A stretch of DNA of 63,806 nt, the filler included, from Chiloscyllium plagiosum (taxonomy: Eukaryota), in the NCBI RefSeq assembly GCF_004010195.1. It is 5 parts of one record of this genome, joined end to end, with 100 filler letters (N's around TTAATTAATTAA, not from the genome) between each part and the next. Parts side by side here need not be neighbours in the genome. Positions count along the whole stretch, not along the records: positions 27,351 to 39,079 come from NC_057714.1; positions 39,180 to 49,240 come from NC_057714.1; 3 more parts are not named here. The stretch is one strand, 5' to 3'. Within the stretch, counting starts at the first letter, position 1. Each line of letters opens with the position of its first letter. Positions 36,470 to 49,340 of this stretch are shown piece after piece. The notes under the pieces are model-generated. The model did no database searches. It was not told where the DNA came from and saw only the letters and a list, made by a program, of their open reading frames with translations. Made by a program: the position numbers and the translations under genes.

Positions 36470-37190
36470 ATGCAGTATTCAAACACAAATGGGGTGTGTG
36501 GAAGCTGCAAGTACAAGTCCAACTGTTTGATTTAATGGCCATGATTGAGACATGGTTGCATGGTGACCAAGACTGGGAACTGGCTGCTAAAAGATATTCA
36601 ACATTTAGGAGGGATAGGCAAAAAGGAAGGGAGGTCCAATAGAGGTGACAATGAGCAGTGGGATCGATGTGTTCATGAGGCAGAAACACTGACCAGAAGA
36701 TCAAGATATAGAGTCAGTTTGGGTGGAGCTTTGAAACAGCAAGGGGCAGCAAACATTAGCAGGAGTGAGACGGGTGAGATTCTTAACAAGTATTTGTTTC
36801 GGTTTTCACCAAGGAGAGGGACATGATGGATGTTGAGGTTAGGGATAGATGTTTGAGTACTCTAGGTCAAGTCAGCATAACGAGGAAGGAAGTGTTGGAT
36901 AGTCCCCAGGTCCGGATGGGATCTATCCCAGGTTACTGAGGGAAGTGAGAGAGGAAATACCTGGGGCTTTAACAGATATCTCTGCAGCATCCTTGAACAC
37001 GAGTGAGGTCCTGGAGGACTGGAGAATTGCTAATGTTGTCCCCTTGTTTAAGAAGGGTAGCAGGAATAATCCAGGTAATTACAGACCAGTGAGCCTGACG
37101 TTAGTGGTATGGAAGCTGCTGGAGAAGATACTGAGGGATAGGATATATACTCATTTGGAAGAAAATTGGCTTATCAGTGATAGGCAGCAC
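36470..37190 (+). mobile_element. CR1 ORF2 fragments (endonuclease and RT)
   Basis: IETWL remnant; EDWRIANVVPLFKKGSRNNPGNYRPVSLT. Confidence 0.8.
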
Positions 37191-37664
37191 TGCACCCCAC
37201 CCCAGCCTGCTTCCCCAGCCAGCCTCCATCTCCCTGCGGACACTAACCTCTGCAGTGAGGATTGAAAAGGGACTGGGGTTAGGTCGTTAGGGGAAGTGGT
37301 GGGGGTATGGGGGTCGAGGGGGGCGGGGAGGCCTGGAAACCATGTATTTGTAACTCTCAATACACAGCTGAGAAACAGAAGATATGGGTATGAACTCCTG
37401 GGGCAGTGATTGGTACTAATACTTCCCTCTGGTAATGCCCAGGGAATCAAATCCCTCTGTTCCTGGGCCTTTCATTAAAAATAAGATTTTATAAGAGTAC
37501 AGAAAGTTTAGCTGACTTTTATTCCCAGGTTGGTAGTGAACATGGAGCAGGTTTCTGTAATTATCATGAATTATGTTTTATTACACTCTAGATACAGGTG
37601 ATCAGCATGGACTGTCAGCGTTCAACTATACCAGTCATAACTCTAACCCCCTTATTAACCCCCC

Positions 37665-37960
37665 TTACACACACACACATACATACTCTTACAGATGCAC
37701 ACATACACAGACCCAAACACTCACACACGAACAGTCACAACACATGCACAAACACACGCAGACACAACACAAACATACAAATGCATACACAGACACACAC
37801 TCACCCACAAACACAAACATATAAATGCATACACAGACACACACTCATGTACAAACACAAACATACAAGTATATACTGACACACATATGCAAACACACAC
37901 ATACAAATAGCACTCAGAGATATACACACACACTCACACACACATGCAAATACGCACAGA
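37665..37960. repeat. Degenerate (CA)n microsatellite
   Basis: Direct inspection. Confidence 0.9.
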
Positions 37961-38366
37961 AAATGTGTGTTTTTGATGGAGAGAAAGCTGTGAAAGCAGT
38001 TCAGTGATCTCTATTCATGGCATCTGCTGAGGTGGCTCTCATGTTGACCATGCAGGAGGTACAGGGTGTCTGCTTCAACTTATAAAGGTCTCTGCCCTTT
38101 TCATGACAGAAGAATAAACAGATTTTGCTCAGGCTTAAAGTAACTTCTACTGCAGAGAACAGAGAAAGCCCCTAAGCCGGTCCGAAGGTGTTTCTCTGTA
38201 TCTTGCTCACAGCTTCAAGCTGTTCAGCTACCTCTGAACCAATCACGTTGTTGGCAGGCAGAAAGCCTTTATTATTCATAACTGGTTAATAGTCCACAGA
38301 TCAGACAGTTACTAGTTATCAGCTGAATTTCCATTTGTACATACTGGGCTCCAGCATGTCTGCACC

Positions 38367-38561
38367 TTTAGATTAGATTAGATTACTTACAGTGTGGAAA
38401 CAGGCNNNNNNNNNNNNNNNNNNNNNNNNNNNNNNNNNNNNNNNNNNNNNNNNNNNNNNNACGTGCAAACTCCACACAGTCAGTCGCCTGAGGCGGGAAT
38501 TGAACCCAGGTCTCTGGCGCTGTGAGGCAGCAGTGCTAACCACTGTGCCACCGTGCCACCC
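38367..38561 (-). mobile_element. HE1-like SINE containing a gap
   Basis: Tail and head flank a 55-N gap. Confidence 0.8.
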
Positions 38562-38672
38562 ACCAACTCCTATACTGCTCGAACCAGCAGCTGTGTAAAC
38601 ACTGCTTACAATGAAGGTCAGCTTACTTACTTTCATAAACATACAGTAATCCTTTGGTATTCCTTGCTTATT

Positions 38673-39732
38673 AGAACATAGAACATAGAACATTACAGCG
38701 CAATACATGCCCTTCGGCCCTTGATGTTGCGCTGCCCTGTCATACTAATCTGAAGCCCATCTAACCTACACTACTCCATGTACGTCCATTTGCCTGTCCA
38801 ATGACAACTTAAACTTGGCGAATCTACTACCGTTGCAGGCAAAGCATTCCATGCCCTTACTAATCTCTGAGTAAAGAAACTACCTCTGACATCTGTCTTA
38901 TACCTATCTCCCCACATTTTAAAGTTGTGTCCCCTCGTGTTTGCCGTCCCCATACTTGGAAAAAGGTTCTCCCTGTCCACCCTATCTAACCCTCTGATTA
39001 TCTTGTATGTCTCTATTAAGTCACCTCTCAACCTTCTTCTCTCTAACGAGAACAGCCTCAAGGCCCTCAGCCTTTCCTCNNNNNNNNNNNNNNNNNNNNN
39101 NNNNNNNNNNNNNNNNNNNNNNNTTAATTAATTAANNNNNNNNNNNNNNNNNNNNNNNNNNNNNNNNNNNNNNNNNNNNAATTGTGATCGCTGTCTCCAA
39201 AGTGCTCACCTACTTCCAAATCTAACACCTGGCCAGACTTGTTACCCAGTACTAAATCTAAAGTGGCTTCGCCCCTTGTAGGCCTGTCTACATACTGTGT
39301 CAGGAAGCCCTCCTGCACACACTGGACAAAAACTGACCCATCTATAGTACTCGTACTGTAGTGATCCCAGTCAATATTTTGATAGTTGAAGTCCCCCATG
39401 ACAACTACCCTGCCTCTCTCACTCCTATCGAAAATCATCTTTGCTATCCTTTCCTCTACATCTCTGGGATTATTTGGAGGCCTATAGAAAACTCCCAGCA
39501 TGGTGACTTCTCCTTTCCTGTTTCTAACCTCAGCCCATACTACCTCAGTTAACAAGTCCCCAAACATCCTTTCTACAACTGTAATATTGTCCCTGATCAA
39601 CAATGCCACACCACCCCCTCTTTTACCATCTTCTCTGTTCTTACTGAAACATCTGAATCCCGGAACCTGCAACAGCCATTCCTGTCCATGCTCTATCCAT
39701 GTCTCCGTAATGGCCACAACATCGAAGTCCCA
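38673..39732 (-). mobile_element. CR1 fragments either side of a spacer (3' end; APE endonuclease)
   Basis: FFTQRLVRAWNALP; VAITETW..YRPP..MGDFN..LDLVL..GDSDHN. The two parts may belong to different copies. Confidence 0.85.
39080..39179. other. Artificial scaffolding spacer
   Basis: N44-TTAATTAATTAA(39124-39135)-N44. Confidence 0.95.
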
Positions 39733-39904
39733 GTCCTGTTCCCATTTCAGCCCACAGGCCAAAATACAGAAGGTTAAAAAGACACAGTGTTTACACTGAG
39801 TTAATCTGCAGCAGGAGGGACCCATATTCTAGCATATAACAGAGTCAGATATTTCACCGTGAAGCACTGTTCTGAGGAAAGCTCACTCAACCCAAAACAT
39901 TGAG

Positions 39905-40525
39905 AGGACTTGAATATAAAAGCAGGGATGTACTTCTGAGGCTCTGTAACGCTCTGGTCAGGCCACATCTGGAGTATTGTGCGCAGTTTTGAGCCCCATA
40001 TCTCAGGAAGGATATACTGGCCCTGGATCAGGAGCAGAAGAGGTTCATGAGAATGGTCCCAGGAATGGAAAGCTTGACAAATGAGGAATGTTTGAGGACT
40101 CTGGGTCTGTACTCAATGGAGTTAAGAAGGATGAGGGGCGGATCTAATTGAAACATACAGAACACTGAGCGACCTGGACAGAGTGGATGTTGGGAAGTTG
40201 TTTCCATTGGTAGGAGAGACTAGGACCTGATGGCACAGCCTCCGAGTAAAGGGAAGACCTTTTAGAACAGAGATAAGGAGAAACTTCTTCAGCCAGAGAG
40301 TGGTGAACATATGGAATACACTGCCACAGAAGGCTTTGGAGGTCAGGTCATTGAGTATATTTGAGATACAGATGGATAGGTTCTTGATTGCCAAGGGGAT
40401 GAGGCATTACAGGGAGAAAGTGAAAGAATGAAGTTGAGAAACGTATCAGCCATGATTGAATGGCAGAGCAGGCTCAATGGGCTGAATGGCCTAATTTCTG
40501 CTCCTGTGACTCATGGTCTTATGGT
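39905..40525 (+). mobile_element. CR1 LINE 3' fragment
   Basis: LVRPHLEYCAQF and RRNFFSQRVVNIWNTLP motifs. Confidence 0.8.
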
Positions 40526-40707
40526 TAACTTGGATTTCTCTCCACAGATGCTGCCCGACCTGCTGAGCTTTTTCAGCAATTTCTGGTTTTGTTTCAGATT
40601 TACAGCATCTGCAGTTCTCTCGGTTTTTATTTCACTGTGAACTGTGCCTCTGAATCAGAAGGTCCAGTGACCATTAAACCCTAGGCTCCTCTCCTTATCT
40701 TTCACAG

Positions 40708-40840
40708 GGTTCTCCACCTGAAAGCGGTTGCTGACAGCATCTCATTCTGTAACGATGTTGGTAATATTCTCCTGGGTATCGAACATAACCTGTATCTCAT
40801 GAACAGTTCTGAGTACCTGACCCAGCAGTATATGCTCCGG
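40708..40840 (+). CDS. WDR97: WDR97-like exon
   Basis: ttcacag/gtatgt boundaries; VLHLKAVADSISFCNDVGNILLGIEHNLYLMNSSEYLTQQYMLR versus recalled human LLQLNGAPQALAFCSNSGDLVLALGSRLCLVSHRLYLPTSYLVK; 133 nt, phase 2 to 0. Confidence 0.8.
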
Positions 40841-41069
40841 GTATGTGTGCAAATGTCAGTCTGTCTATCTGTCTCTCTATAAGTATCTCTGACACACTGT
40901 ATATCTGACTGCAGTGTCCATCTGATTGTGTATATGTTTGCATGTGTGTGTCGTCTGTATGTATCGGCTTATGTGTGTGTGATTTTGTGTCTGTAAATGT
41001 GAATATTTTAATGCAAAATTGGAATAATGTTTATGGAATAAAAGAACTGATGCAGCGCCTCAGAGTTTT

Positions 41070-41650
41070 CCACTATCTCCCATCAAACACTCCCAGGACA
41101 GGGACAGCATGGGGTTAGATACAGAGTAAAGCTCCCTCTACACTGTCTCCCATCAAACACTCACAGGACAGGGACAGCATGGGGTAGGATAGAGAGTAAA
41201 GCTCCCTCTACACCATCCTCCCGTCAAACACTCCCAGGACAGGGACAGCACATGGTTAGATACAGAGTAAAGCTCCCTTTACGCTGTCCCTCATCAAACC
41301 CTCCCAGGACAGAGACAGCACGGGGTTAGATACAAAGTAAAGCTCCCTCTACACTGTTCCCAATCAAACACTCCCAGGATAGGGACAGCACGGGGTAGGA
41401 TAGAGAGTAAAGCTCCCTCTACACCATCCCCATCAAACACTCCCAGGACAGAGACAACATGGGGTTAGATACAGAGTAAAGCTCCCTCTACACTGTTCCT
41501 CATCAAACACTCCCAGGACAGGAACAACACGGGGTTAGATACAGAGTAAAGATCCCTCTACCCTGTTCCTCATCAAACACTCCCAGGACAGGGACAGCAC
41601 AGGGTTAGATACAGAGTAAAGTCCCTTTGAAACTGTGCCCCCCATCAAAT
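41070..41650. repeat. About 70-bp minisatellite, second array
   Basis: Same unit as 27351-28000. Confidence 0.9.
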
Positions 41651-41679
41651 ATTGCCTAAACCATGTACACAGTAGTCTC

Positions 41680-44600
41680 CATTTTTGCAGCAGCGGGAGC
41701 AGTGACAGTGAGCACCAGGGGACTGATAGGAAGGTAAATTAATCCTTTAATAACTTACCTCATGGATAGGCAAAGAGCACACTGAGCAGGAGCAGACAGG
41801 GGACAGCTGGGTAAGTGAGGTAATATATTTGGATGGTTGCTTTTCCCGAAACACTACTCGGGTGGTATCTCCCACCCATCCTCCTCCTCTTACCAAAACA
41901 AAAGGTCCTGAGCGCTGATTTCATAAGGTTACTAGTTTTTTTTTATATAAAGTCTCTTTGGGAATTTAGAATAGTGGGAATGGGGGTTAGGGCAGTTGAA
42001 TGTTCCTCCTGCAGAATGTGGGAGGTAAGGGTCACCACCAGTGTCCCTGTTGACTACATCTGCAGGAAGTGCACCCAACTCCAGCTCCTCGAAAACCGCA
42101 TTAGGGAACTGGAGCTGGAGCTGGATGGACATCAGGTCATTCAGGAGGCGGAGGGGGTTAGTGAGAGAAGTTACAGGGAGGTAGTCACACCTCAGGTACA
42201 GGAAGAAGGTAGTTGGGTTACTGTCAGGGGGCAGAATGGGAACAGGCAGACAGTGCAGGGATCCCCTGTGGCCGTTCCCCTCAACAACAAGTATACAAAT
42301 TTGGATCCTGTTGGGGGTATGACTTATCAGGGGAAAGCCATGGGGTACAGGTCTCTGGCACAGAGTTTGTTCCTGTTGCTCAGAAGGGAAGGGGGAAGAG
42401 GCGCTGAGCAGTAGTCATTGGGGACTCCATAGTTAGGGGGACAGATAGGACATTCTGTGGGGACGAGAGACACTCACGGTAGATGTGTTGCCTCCCAGGT
42501 GCCAGGGTCTGTGATGTCTCTGGTTGTGTTTTCGGGATCCTTGCAGGGGAGGGGAAGCAGCCCCAAGTCGTGGTCCACTTAGGCACCGACGACAAAGGGA
42601 TGAGGTGCAGGGCAGAAATTCAGGGAAATAGGGTGGAAGCTTAGAGCTAGAGCAAACAGAATTGTTATCTCTGGTTTGTTGCCTGTGCCACATGCTAATG
42701 AAATGAAGAATAGAGAGAGAGAGAGAGAGAGACAGAGAGGAGTTGAACACGTGGTTAAGGGACGGTGCAGGAGGGAGGGATTCAGATACCTGGATAATTG
42801 GGGCTCATTCTCGGGTAGGCAGGACCTCTACAAACAGGATGGCCCACACCTGAACCAGGGGGGTACCAATATCCTAGGGGGGAGGATGTGTTAATGCTCT
42901 TCAGGAGGGTTTAAACTAATTCAGCAAGGGGATGGGAATCTGAATTGTAGCTCCAGTGTACAGGAGGTTGGAGGAGCGAGGTCATGAATAAGGTTCCAAG
43001 GTCGCTGAAGTGTACTAGCAGGTAGGACTGTGGTTTGAAGCGTGTCTACTTCAACGCCCAGGAGCATCTGGAAGAAGGTGGGTGAACTTGCAGCATGGGT
43101 TGGTACCTGGGCCTTCGATGTTGTGGCCATTTCAGAGACATGGATAGTGCAGGGACAGGAATGGTTGTTGCATGTTGCGGGATTTAGATATTTCAGTAAG
43201 ATCAGGGAAGGTGGTAAAAGAGGGGGAGGTGTTGGTCAAGGGCAGTATTATGGTGGCAGAAAGGACTTTTGATGAGGACTTGTCTACTGAGGTAGTATGG
43301 GCTGAGGTTAGAAACAGGAGAAGTCACTCTGTTGGGAATTTTCTCTCAGCCTCCGAATAGTTCCAGAGATGTAGAGGAAAGGATAGCAAAGATGATTCTG
43401 GATAGGAGCAAAAATAACAGGGTAGTTGTTATGGGGGAGTTTAACTTTCCAAATATTGACTGGAAACGCTATAGTTTGAGTATTTTAGATGAGTCAGTTT
43501 TTGTCCAATTGTGCGGGAGGGTTTCCTGACACAGTATGTCGACAGGCCAACAAGAGGTGAGGCTATATTGGATTTGGTACTGGGTAATGAGCCCGGCCAG
43601 GTGTTAGATTTGGAGGTAGGTGAGCACTTTGGTGATAGTGATCACAATTCGGTTGTTTACTTTAGCAGTGGAAAGGGATAGGTATATACTGCAGGACAAG
43701 AGTTATAGCTGGGGGAAAGGCAATTATGATGTGAATAGGCAAGATTTAGGATGCAGAGGATGGGGACGGAAACTATAGGGGATGGGCACAATTGAAATGT
43801 GGAGCTTGTCCTTGTCAGGTAGGGAGGAAGTGGTCGAGCGAAGGGAACCATGGTTTACTAAGGAAGTTGAATCTCTTGTCAAGAGGAAGAAGAAGCCTTA
43901 AAGATGAGGCATGAAGGTCAGTTAGGGCACTTGAGAGATAAAGGTTAGCCAGGAAGGACCTAAAGAGAGAGTTAAGAAGAGCCAGAAGGGGACATGAGAA
44001 GTCTCTGGCAGGTAGGATCAAGGAAAACCCTAAAGGTTTCTATAGATATGTCATGGGGCTTTGCCCGAAACGCCAATATTCCTGGTCCTCGGATGCTGCC
44101 TGACCTGCTGTGCTTTTCCAGCACCACACTAATCTAGACTTTGATCTCCAGAATCTGCAGTCCTCACTTTTGCCTAGGTATCAAAGAATGACTAGAGTAA
44201 GATTTGGGCCAGTCAAGGACAGTAGTGGAGAGTTGTGTGTGGAGTCAAAGGAGATAGGAGAGGCGCTAAATGAATATTTTTCATGAGTCTTCACACTAGA
44301 AAAAGACAATGTTATCACGGAGAATACTGGGATATAGGCTACTAGACTTGATGGGATTAAAGTTCATGAGGAGGAGGTGTTGCAATTTTGGGAAGTGTGA
44401 AAATAGGTAAATCCCCTGGATTGGATGGGATTTATCCTCGGATTCTCTGGGAAGCTAGGGAGGAGATTGCAGAGCCTTTGGCTTTGATCTTTATGCCATA
44501 ATTATCTATAGGAATAGTGCCAGAAGACTGCAGGATAGCAAATGTTGTTTCCTTGTTCAAGATGGGGATAGCCCTGGTAGTTATAGACCAGTGAGCTTTA

Positions 44601-46090
44601 CTTCAGTTGTGGGTAAAGTGTTAGAAAGTGTTATGAGAGATAGGATTTATAATCATCTGAAAAGGAATAATTTGATTAGGGATAGTCAACATGACTTTGT
44701 GAAGGGTAGGTCGTGCTTCACTAACCTTATTGAGTTTCTTTGAGAAGGTGACCAAACAGGTGGATGAGGGTAAAGCTGTTGATGTGGTATATATGGATTT
44801 CAGTAAGGTGTTTGATAAGGTTCCACACGGTAGGCTACTGCACAAAATATGGAGGCATGGGATTGAAGGTTATTTAGCGGTTTGGATCAGAAATTGGCTA
44901 GCTGAAAGAAGACAGAGGGTGGTGGTTGATGGGAAATGTTCATCCTGGAGTTCAGTTACTAGTGGGGTACAGTAATGATCTGGTTTGGGGCTACTACTGT
45001 TTGTCATTTTTACAAATAACCTGGATGAAGCCGTAGAAGGATGGGTTAGTAAATATGTGGGTAACAATAAAGTCGATGGAGTTGTGGATAGTGCTGAAGG
45101 ATGTTGCAGGTTACAGAGGTAAATAGATAAGCGCAGAGCTGGGCTGAAAGGTGGCAAATGGAGTTTAATGAGGACAAGTGTGAGATGATTCACTTTGGAA
45201 GGAGTAACAGGAATACAGAGTACTGGGCTAATGGTAAGATTCTTGGCAGTGTGGATGAGCAGAGAGATCTCAATGTCCATGTGCATAGATCCTTGAAAGT
45301 TGCCAGCCAGGTTGATAGGATGTAGGGCTTATGCCTGAAACATCGATTCTCCTGCTCCTCGGATGCTGCCTGACCAGCTGGACTTTTCAAGCACCACACT
45401 CTTCGACTCTGATCTCCAGCATCTGCAGTCCTCACTTTCACACAGGTTGACAGGGTTGTTAAGAAGGCATATGGTGTGTTAGGTTTAATTGGTAGAGGGA
45501 TTGAGTTCCGGAGCCATGAGGTTGTGCTGCAGCTGTACAAAACTCTGGTGCGGCCGCACTTAGAGTATTGTGTACAGTTCTGGTCACCGTATTACAGGAA
45601 GGATGTGGAAGCTTTGGAAAGGGTTCAGAGGATATTTACTGGGATATTGCCTGGTATGGAGGGAAGGTCTTATGAGGAAAGGCTGAGGGATTTGAGGCTG
45701 TTTCCATTGGAGAGAAGAAGGTTGAGAGGTGACTTAAAAGGGACATACAAAATGATCAGAGAATTAGATCGGGTGGACAGTGAGATTCTTTTTCCTCGGA
45801 TGGTGATGGCTAGTGCAAAGGGACATAGCTTTAAATTGAGGGGTGATAGATATAGGACAGATGTCAGAGGTTGTTTCTTTACTCAGAGAGTAGTAAGAGT
45901 GTGGAAAGCACTGCCTGTAACAATAGTAGACTCGCCAACTTTAAGGGTATTTAAATGGTCATTAGATAAATATATTGATGAAAATGGAATAGTGTAGGTT
46001 AGATGGGCTTCAGATCGATTTCACGGGTTCGTGCAACATCGAGGGCCGAAGGGCCTCTACTGCGCTGTAATGTTCTGTGTTTTGTGTTCT
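41680..46090 (+). mobile_element. Near-full-length decayed CR1 LINE (5'UTR, ORF1 zinc finger/coiled coil/esterase, ORF2 EN-RT) with two nested family-A fragments
   Basis: ORF1 from about 41980 (CSSCRMWE..YICRKC, LENRIRELELEL, VIGDSIVRG); EN (VAISETW, MGEFNFP); RT (YMDFSKVFDKVPH); C-terminus in ORF 45476..45997; inserts at about 44056-44176 and 45324-45442. Confidence 0.88.
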
Positions 46091-46140
46091 GTGATGTGAA
46101 CGTGAATCATGCTGCTAACAGTTTTTTACTTTCTGTTTAG

Positions 46141-46262
46141 ATAGCATGTAGGGATGTCAGTGATCCTGTTCCCGATTCTCCTGTTCCCATCTCCAGCACT
46201 GCTGTCAATTCCCTGTCTGCCGAAGATCGTCAGCGTCTGAGAGGACCCCATTCATTCAACAG
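46141..46262 (+). CDS. WDR97: WDR97-like exon
   Basis: tttag/gtagga boundaries; IACRDVSDPVPDSPVPISSTAVNSLSAEDRQRLRGPHSFN versus recalled human KMCRKAPDVVDDPPLPLMSQESLTSAQLQRLTNLH; phase 0 start matches the previous exon. Confidence 0.75.
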
Positions 46263-46439
46263 GTAGGAAGATAAAGACACCAGTCTGGGGTGGGAACAGG
46301 ACCAAGGTACTACAGCAGTGTCACTGAGAGCTGGGACCGCAGTTATGTTACTGAATCCAGACGCTAGCAATAATCATTCAGAGAAAGTCCATTCAAATCC
46401 CATTGTCCAGCCCTTCTTTGCTGTAATCACAGAATCCAG

Positions 46440-46835
46440 GAGAGTGGGGAGTATTCCATCACACCCTTGACTTGTGCCTTGTAGATGGTGGACAGGCTTT
46501 GGGGAGTCAGGAGGTGGGTTACTTGCTGCAGTATCCCTAGCCTCAGACCCTCTCTTGTAGCCACTGTGTTCATGTGGTGAGTCCAGTGAGTTTCTGGTAA
46601 ACGGTAACCCCAGGATGTTGTTAGTGGAGGATTCAGTGATGGTAACGTCATTGAATGCCAAGGAGCAGTAGTTAAATTGTCCCTTAATGGTGATGGTCAT
46701 AGCCTGGCATTTGTGTGGTGTGAATGTTACTTGCCACTTTTAAGCCCAAGCCTAGACATTGTCCAGGTCTTGTATTTGGACATGGACTGCTTCAGTGTCT
46801 GAGGAGTTATAAGTTAGAGCTAAGCATTTTGCAGT
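46440..46835 (-). mobile_element. Non-LTR retrotransposon RT fragment of a distinct family
   Basis: RLGILQQVTHLLTPQSLSTIYKAQVKGVMEYSPLSW. Confidence 0.65.
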
Positions 46836-47365
46836 TGCTCTATCTCAGTCCAGAGCTTTACAACTTCCTCCTCCACCACAATTTGGGATTCTGGGGAATC
46901 CTGCCCTGCTATGTCAGAAATGTGAAACAAGAGTGAAATACACCCAGCCCGATGATCAATCAACAGAGATTCTTTATTTCACTGGTTTCAGGTCTTTACA
47001 AACATGAAGGCAGTTAAAGGTCAAACGAGAAAAACAAAATATTTTCATGGATTAAGATTGTGGTCCATATCTGATTGGCAAAATGGCACAACTCTCTCTG
47101 AGGAGTACACTCTGTCATTCAGGGAGAGCTCGATATACCTGCTGCAGCTGGTTATCCTCTCCTCCTGCTGCTTGAGGCCGCATTGACGTTCCTCAAGCAG
47201 GGGTCATAGAGTCACAGGGTCATGCAGCACAGAAAGGTTCTTTGTAATTATAAAGAGCTGATGCCAATTCAGTACAAAAATCTTCATGATCTCTGGGACA
47301 TTGATCTATTTTATTCACATTACAAACCACTAACGTGACTCCAATGAACATACAGTTTTTCAACC

Positions 47366-48062
47366 CTCAGCACTGACCCTCCAACAGTGCCCACTCCCTC
47401 AGCACTGACCCTCCAACAGTGCGGCACTCCCTCAGCACTGACCCTCCGACAGTGCCCACTCCCTCAGCACTGATCCTCCGACAGTGCGACACTCCCTCAG
47501 CACTGACCCTCCGACAGTGCGGCACTCCCTCAGCACTGACCCTCCAACAGTGCGGCACTCACTCAGCACTGACGCTCCGACAGTGCGACACTCCCTCAGC
47601 ACTGACCCTTCGACAGTGCGGTCTCCCTCAGCACTGACCCTACATCAGTGTTTTCAACCCTCAGCACTGACCCTCCAACAGTGCCCACTCCCTCAGCACT
47701 GACCCTCCAACAGTGCGGCACTCCCTCAGCACTGACCCTCCAACAGTGCGGCACTCACTCAGCATTGACGCTCCGACAGTGCGGCACTCCCTCAGCACTG
47801 ACCCTCCAGCAGTGCGGCACTCACTCAGCACTGACGCTCCGACAGTGCGACACTCCCTCAGCACTGACCCTTCGACAGTGCGGTCTCCCTCAGCACTGAC
47901 CCTTCCACAGTGCGGCACTCCCTCAGCACTGACCCTCCGACAGTGCGGCACTCCCTCAGCACTGACGCTCCGACAGTGCGGCACTCCCTCAGCACTGACC
48001 CTTCGACAGTGCAGCACCCCCTCAGCACTGACCCTCTGACAGTGTGGCGCTCCCTCAGCACG
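47366..48062. repeat. About 33-bp minisatellite, second array
   Basis: About 21 units of cagtgcggcactccctcagcactgaccctccga. Confidence 0.92.
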
Positions 48063-49240
48063 GAGTTATTTTATATATGTTTTCTGACCCGAAGTGAAGT
48101 TATTGATCACTGAGCCCTGCAGGTTGTTAGGGGATTAGTTTGCAGAGTGTTGTTTTATTGGATTGGGAGAGTTGTGAAGAGGTACAGAGTAATCAGTTGT
48201 TCAGTCGATGGCTGGAATCTTCTGTCTGTTTGTAATGTGTGTACGAGGTTCTAACTCTCTTCCTATGTCCTGGTCCAGCCCGGAAGGTCGTGTTGTTTTG
48301 CCAGCTGAGCCTGATATAGGATATCTGGAAAGACAGGAACACCTGAAGGAGGTAGGAGATCCTGGTGATCCCGAATGGGGCAGTGTGGGGGTGTCTGGAA
48401 ATGGGAGATCCTGGTGATCCCGAATGGGGCAGTGTGGGGGGGGGGGAGTCCCAAAGTGAGACTGCGTGAGATTCTGGTTTTGATCCACTGTGCTCGAGTG
48501 TTACTGACAAAGGGAAGCTCAGGGTTAATAAATCTTTCGGACAGTTAGATCCCCAACCGTTTCCTAAACTCTGGGTGAGACTGTCTGAGTCCCCTCCCAC
48601 CAGACCCAGTCTCTGCTGTGCTGGGATTACCTTCTCAATGAGTAAATCTGAATTATAAAGCAAGGCTCTGCAATGGTGACCAGGAAACTATTGTCAATGT
48701 TTGTTAAGAACCCCATCTGATTCACCTCAGGATGTCCTCAGGGATAGAAATCTGCTGACCTTACCCAGTCTGACCCACATGTGACTTCAGGCCCACAGTA
48801 ATGTTTGTACTGGGACATGGGGCTGGGGCACATCGGGGCCCAGTAAATACTCCCGAGCTCTAGGGCTCCTGTGCTTTTTGGGCTGGTGGGGTATAGGACG
48901 AGGCCAGGCCGCTGGGCCATATATCTATCCATGAGACCCTTCAGCCCACCACGACTGTGCTGGTTATCAGACATCCAACTGCCATGATCCTGTTTCCCAG
49001 TATTTGGCCTGTGTCTCCATATGCCGTCGTGTTTCAGTGCTCACGCCTCTCAAACTGCCCAGTGACTCAGGAAGAACCTCAGTGGGGTTACACTGTAAAT
49101 CGCCTGGTTATGATTACAATATGAGCTGAAAATGTGTGGCTGGAAAAGCGCAGCAGGTCAGGCAGCATCCAAGGAGCAGGAGAATCGACGTTTCGGGCAT
49201 AAGCCCTTCTTCAGGAATGAGGAGGGTGTGCCAAGCGGGC

Positions 49241-49340
49241 NNNNNNNNNNNNNNNNNNNNNNNNNNNNNNNNNNNNNNNNNNNNTTAATTAATTAANNNN
49301 NNNNNNNNNNNNNNNNNNNNNNNNNNNNNNNNNNNNNNNN
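49241..49340. other. Artificial scaffolding spacer, flanked on both sides by family-A PLE ends
   Basis: N44-TTAATTAATTAA(49285-49296)-N44; family-A sequence at about 49125-49240 and 49341-49452. Confidence 0.95.

Noticed and set aside
47168..47200. 10-bp inverted repeat (ctgcttgagg/cctcaagcag) as a miRNA hairpin or terminator
   Set aside because: The stem is too short for a pre-miRNA, and intrinsic terminators do not apply to this genome.
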